DNA from: Chloroflexi bacterium RBG_13_51_36
Lineage (GTDB): Bacteria; Chloroflexota; Dehalococcoidia; GIF9; AB-539-J10
Direction: 5' to 3'
Assembly (NCBI GenBank): GCA_001796515.1
Contig: MGMS01000054.1
Coordinates: forward strand, 19,481 to 83,480
Length of the DNA: 64,000 bases
In this document: in pieces, positions 61,762 to 64,000 of the stretch
Position numbering within the stretch: position 1 is the first letter of the stretch
Layout of the letters: each line of letters starts with the position of its first letter
Position numbers and translations under genes: made by a program
Notes under the pieces: model-generated
The model's database searches: none
The model's input: the letters and a program-made list of their open reading frames with translations, nothing else
Told to the model about the DNA's origin: nothing

Positions 61762-62397
61762 ATGAATCAGGTTGAATTGATTTCCTTCGATGCTGAGGGG
61801 ACACTGGTAACTCCCGATTTCAGCGAGACGATATGGCACGAAGCCATCCCTGCGCTTTACGCCCAGAAACAAGGGCTTGATTTTGCTCAGGCCAAGAGAC
61901 GCATCGTCGAGGAGTATAGCAGAATCGGCGACCAGAGGCTCGAATGGTATGATATCGAATACTGGTTTGACTATCTTGGTTTGGGCTCCTCCGAACCAGT
62001 GATACAAAGTTGCCTGAACAGAATACGCTATTATCCCGAGGCAATTGACGTCATCTCTTCTCTAGCCAGTGAGTACAAGCTGATTGTTGCCTCAGGTACG
62101 CCGTTGGAGCTACTGCACCTCCTGCTGCAAGATATGAAGCCCTATTTTGTGCGAGTTTTTTCTTCCGTGTCGCATTATAAAGAATTGAAAAGCCCCGATT
62201 TCTACCTCAGGATATGTGCAGAGATGGGAGTGAAGCCAAACCAGGTCATCCATGTGGGTGATAATTGGCAATTTGATTTCCTCAATTCCCGACAAGCTGG
62301 CATAAATGCTTTTTATATTGACAGGTCGGGGGAAAACCATCACGAATCTCTTAGCGATCTGACTCAACTAAAGGACCTTCTGGTGTACCCGATATAA
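61762..62397 (+). CDS. HAD-superfamily hydrolase
   Basis: Motif I is FDAEGTL (D-x-E variant), and a C-terminal VGDN motif is present. 211 aa. Confidence 0.6.
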   Translation: MNQVELISFDAEGTLVTPDFSETIWHEAIPALYAQKQGLDFAQAKRRIVEEYSRIGDQRLEWYDIEYWFDYLGLGSSEPVIQSCLNRIRYYPEAIDVISSLASEYKLIVASGTPLELLHLLLQDMKPYFVRVFSSVSHYKELKSPDFYLRICAEMGVKPNQVIHVGDNWQFDFLNSRQAGINAFYIDRSGENHHESLSDLTQLKDLLVYPI

Positions 62398-62481
62398 GAA
62401 ATATGCTTCTTTCCGGTGCGAGGGCAGCCGCCAACCCTAGACATTGTCAGTCATTTTGAGTTAGAATGTGGTATCCAACCC

Positions 62482-63348
62482 ATGCCAAACCACAGCAAAG
62501 TAGAGTTCGAAAGCGTCCCTCTCCAGAATAAATTCGACGTGTCCACGGCAGAGCTCAAGGAAATGGCTAAGAAGCTGCGCCGTCACGTAATCAGCATGAT
62601 AGCTACAGCAGGCAGTGGTCACCCGGGCGGCTCTCTATCGGCAGCTGATATCATCACAGCGCTCTATTTTAAGATTTTGTCCTATAACCCCGAGAATCCC
62701 CAGTGGGCAGATCGCGACCGATTTGTGCTAAGCAAGGGACACGCTGCTCCAATCCTATATGCTGCCCTGGCTGAAGCCGGTTACTTCCCCACGGCAGAGC
62801 TTGCAACGTTAAGAAAATTGGATAGCCGCCTTCAGGGACACGCTGATAGGAAATTCACTCCCGGCGTGGAAATGTCGGCCGGTTCTTTGGGTATGGGCTT
62901 GTCCTTTGCCATCGGCATTGCTCTGGCTGCCAGGCTAGATTCCAAGACTTACCGAACCTATGTGCTTCTCAGCGATGGCGAATGTGAAGAAGGACAAACT
63001 TGGGAGGCAGCTCTTTCAGCAGCCCACTTCGAACTGGATAACCTGACAGCCATAGTCGACTACAACGGTATACAACTCAGTGGATGGACCTGTGACATCA
63101 TGAACCTTGAGCCCTTCGCCCGCAAATGGCAGGCCTTTGGCTGGCATACCATCAACATAGATGGACATGACTTCGATCAAATTCTATCAGCTTGCCAGAG
63201 ATCTGAGAAGACAAGAAACAAACCCACTGTCATCATCGCCCGCACCGTCAAGGGCAAGGGGGTCAGTTTCATGGAGAACAATGTGGCATTTCATGGCAAG
63301 GCGCCAACTCCAGAAGAAGCCGACAGGGCATTGAAAGAGCTAGAGTAA
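62482..63348 (+). CDS. tkt: transketolase, N-terminal (TPP-binding) subunit
   Basis: GSGHPGGSLS, SKGH and GSLGMG are typical motifs. I place the start at ATG 62482; the track ORF starts at a GTG at 62416. Confidence 0.85.
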   Translation: MPNHSKVEFESVPLQNKFDVSTAELKEMAKKLRRHVISMIATAGSGHPGGSLSAADIITALYFKILSYNPENPQWADRDRFVLSKGHAAPILYAALAEAGYFPTAELATLRKLDSRLQGHADRKFTPGVEMSAGSLGMGLSFAIGIALAARLDSKTYRTYVLLSDGECEEGQTWEAALSAAHFELDNLTAIVDYNGIQLSGWTCDIMNLEPFARKWQAFGWHTINIDGHDFDQILSACQRSEKTRNKPTVIIARTVKGKGVSFMENNVAFHGKAPTPEEADRALKELE

Positions 63349-63399
63349 TGACCCACTGAAGAGAGCGGAACGAATTCTTCATGGGGGACAGGAATAGGT

Positions 63400-64000
63400 A
63401 TGGCTGAGGCATCTACTCGGGAAGCCTATGGCAAGATTCTGGTAGAGCTGGGCAGGCAGAACAAGCATATTGTCGTTCTGGACAGCGATTTGTCGCCCTC
63501 AACGATGACGAGTCTTTTTGCGCGGGAGTTTCCCGGCCGCTTTTTTGACTGCGGACTGGAAGAACAGAACATGATTGGCATAGCTGCTGGATTGGCTGCC
63601 TCAGGAAAAACCGTTTTTGTCAGCACTTTCGCCATTTTCGCCTCATGTCGCTGTTTTGATCAGTTGAGACTCTGTCTTTCCCAGCCAGAACTAAATGCCA
63701 AAGTTGTCGCCACCCACGGAGGCATTTCGGTCGGCGAAGACGGCACCTCCCATCAGGCCATTGAAGATTTGGCTTTGTATTGTGCTCTTCCTGGCTTCAC
63801 CGTTGTTGTTCCTGCCGATGCTATAGAGGCCGTTGAGGCAGTAAGAATAGCGGCCAGTGAATATGGGCCTTTCTACGTCAGATTAAGCCGTCCTAAGACA
63901 CCGGTTGTCTATCCCGAGGGCTGCCACTTCACATTAGGCAAAGCAGTAGTCATGAGACAGGGCAAGGATGCAACTGTCATAGCTGCGGGCATTATGGTCG
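63400..64000 (+). CDS. tkt: transketolase, C-terminal (pyrimidine-binding) subunit, 3'-truncated by window end
   Basis: The frame is open from ATG 63400 to the window edge, so it is not in the ORF track. It encodes MAEASTREAYGKILVELG...FFDCGLEEQNMIGIAAGLA...HGGISVGEDGTSHQAIEDLA. Confidence 0.85.
   Translation, partial: MAEASTREAYGKILVELGRQNKHIVVLDSDLSPSTMTSLFAREFPGRFFDCGLEEQNMIGIAAGLAASGKTVFVSTFAIFASCRCFDQLRLCLSQPELNAKVVATHGGISVGEDGTSHQAIEDLALYCALPGFTVVVPADAIEAVEAVRIAASEYGPFYVRLSRPKTPVVYPEGCHFTLGKAVVMRQGKDATVIAAGIMV

Noticed and set aside
62416-62481. GTG start at 62416 for the transketolase N-terminal subunit.
   Set aside because: The first 22 residues (MRGQPPTLDIVSHFELECGIQP) do not resemble transketolase N-termini. 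The ATG at 62482 gives a typical start. This is uncertain, so I note it only as an alternative.

Overview
A gene-dense bacterial window with about 60 protein genes, a 5-tRNA cluster, and no rRNA, CRISPR array, transposase or integrase. The source looks like an uncultivated anaerobe. A bacterial Elp3 homolog, a tungsten AOR and a secretin-less pilus locus hint at a monoderm, Chloroflexota-like lineage, but sequence alone cannot establish this.

Layout:
(1) 1-22.1 kb is a catabolic and transport block. It holds an SDR, aldehyde:ferredoxin oxidoreductase, a livJHMGF-type ABC importer, a GntR/corrinoid-protein/DUF1638 operon, an acyl-CoA dehydrogenase, two DUF169 proteins, a second SDR, a CoA-acylating semialdehyde dehydrogenase, and an FAD / Fe-S(CCG) / FAD oxidoreductase trio.
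(2) 22.47-23.05 kb carries tRNA Trp-Leu-Gly-Cys-Leu.
(3) 24.5-43.0 kb is a type IV pilus locus. It holds two tandem major-pilin paralogs, pilT, an IPT-repeat surface protein, a pilM-N fusion, pilO, a 715-aa pilus-associated protein, two minor pilins, pilC and pilB. No secretin or prepilin peptidase is present.
(4) 43.3-55.6 kb is a regulatory block with a LuxR-type response regulator, two small DNA-binding proteins, and a tandemly duplicated GH3-like adenylating enzyme + 7TM-GAF-GGDEF-HD-GYP module.
(5) 55.8-64.0 kb holds two SAM methyltransferases, a bacterial Elp3 homolog, small membrane proteins, a radical SAM protein, a HAD hydrolase and a split transketolase.

Most interesting observations:
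- A ~100-aa Hjc/Mrr-like module with a non-conserved catalytic E-x-K occurs four times. Two copies form an N-terminal extension of PilB, and two sit in a stand-alone Zn-ribbon protein at the other end of the pilus locus.
- The ~5.3 kb GH3 + c-di-GMP enzyme unit is duplicated, and its non-coding leader is better conserved than the coding sequence.
- Three families of short dispersed repeats fill the intergenic space of the pilus locus. One family brackets a frameshifted four-helix-bundle (23S-IVS/Avd-like) gene, and the same arms form a gene-less copy elsewhere in the window.
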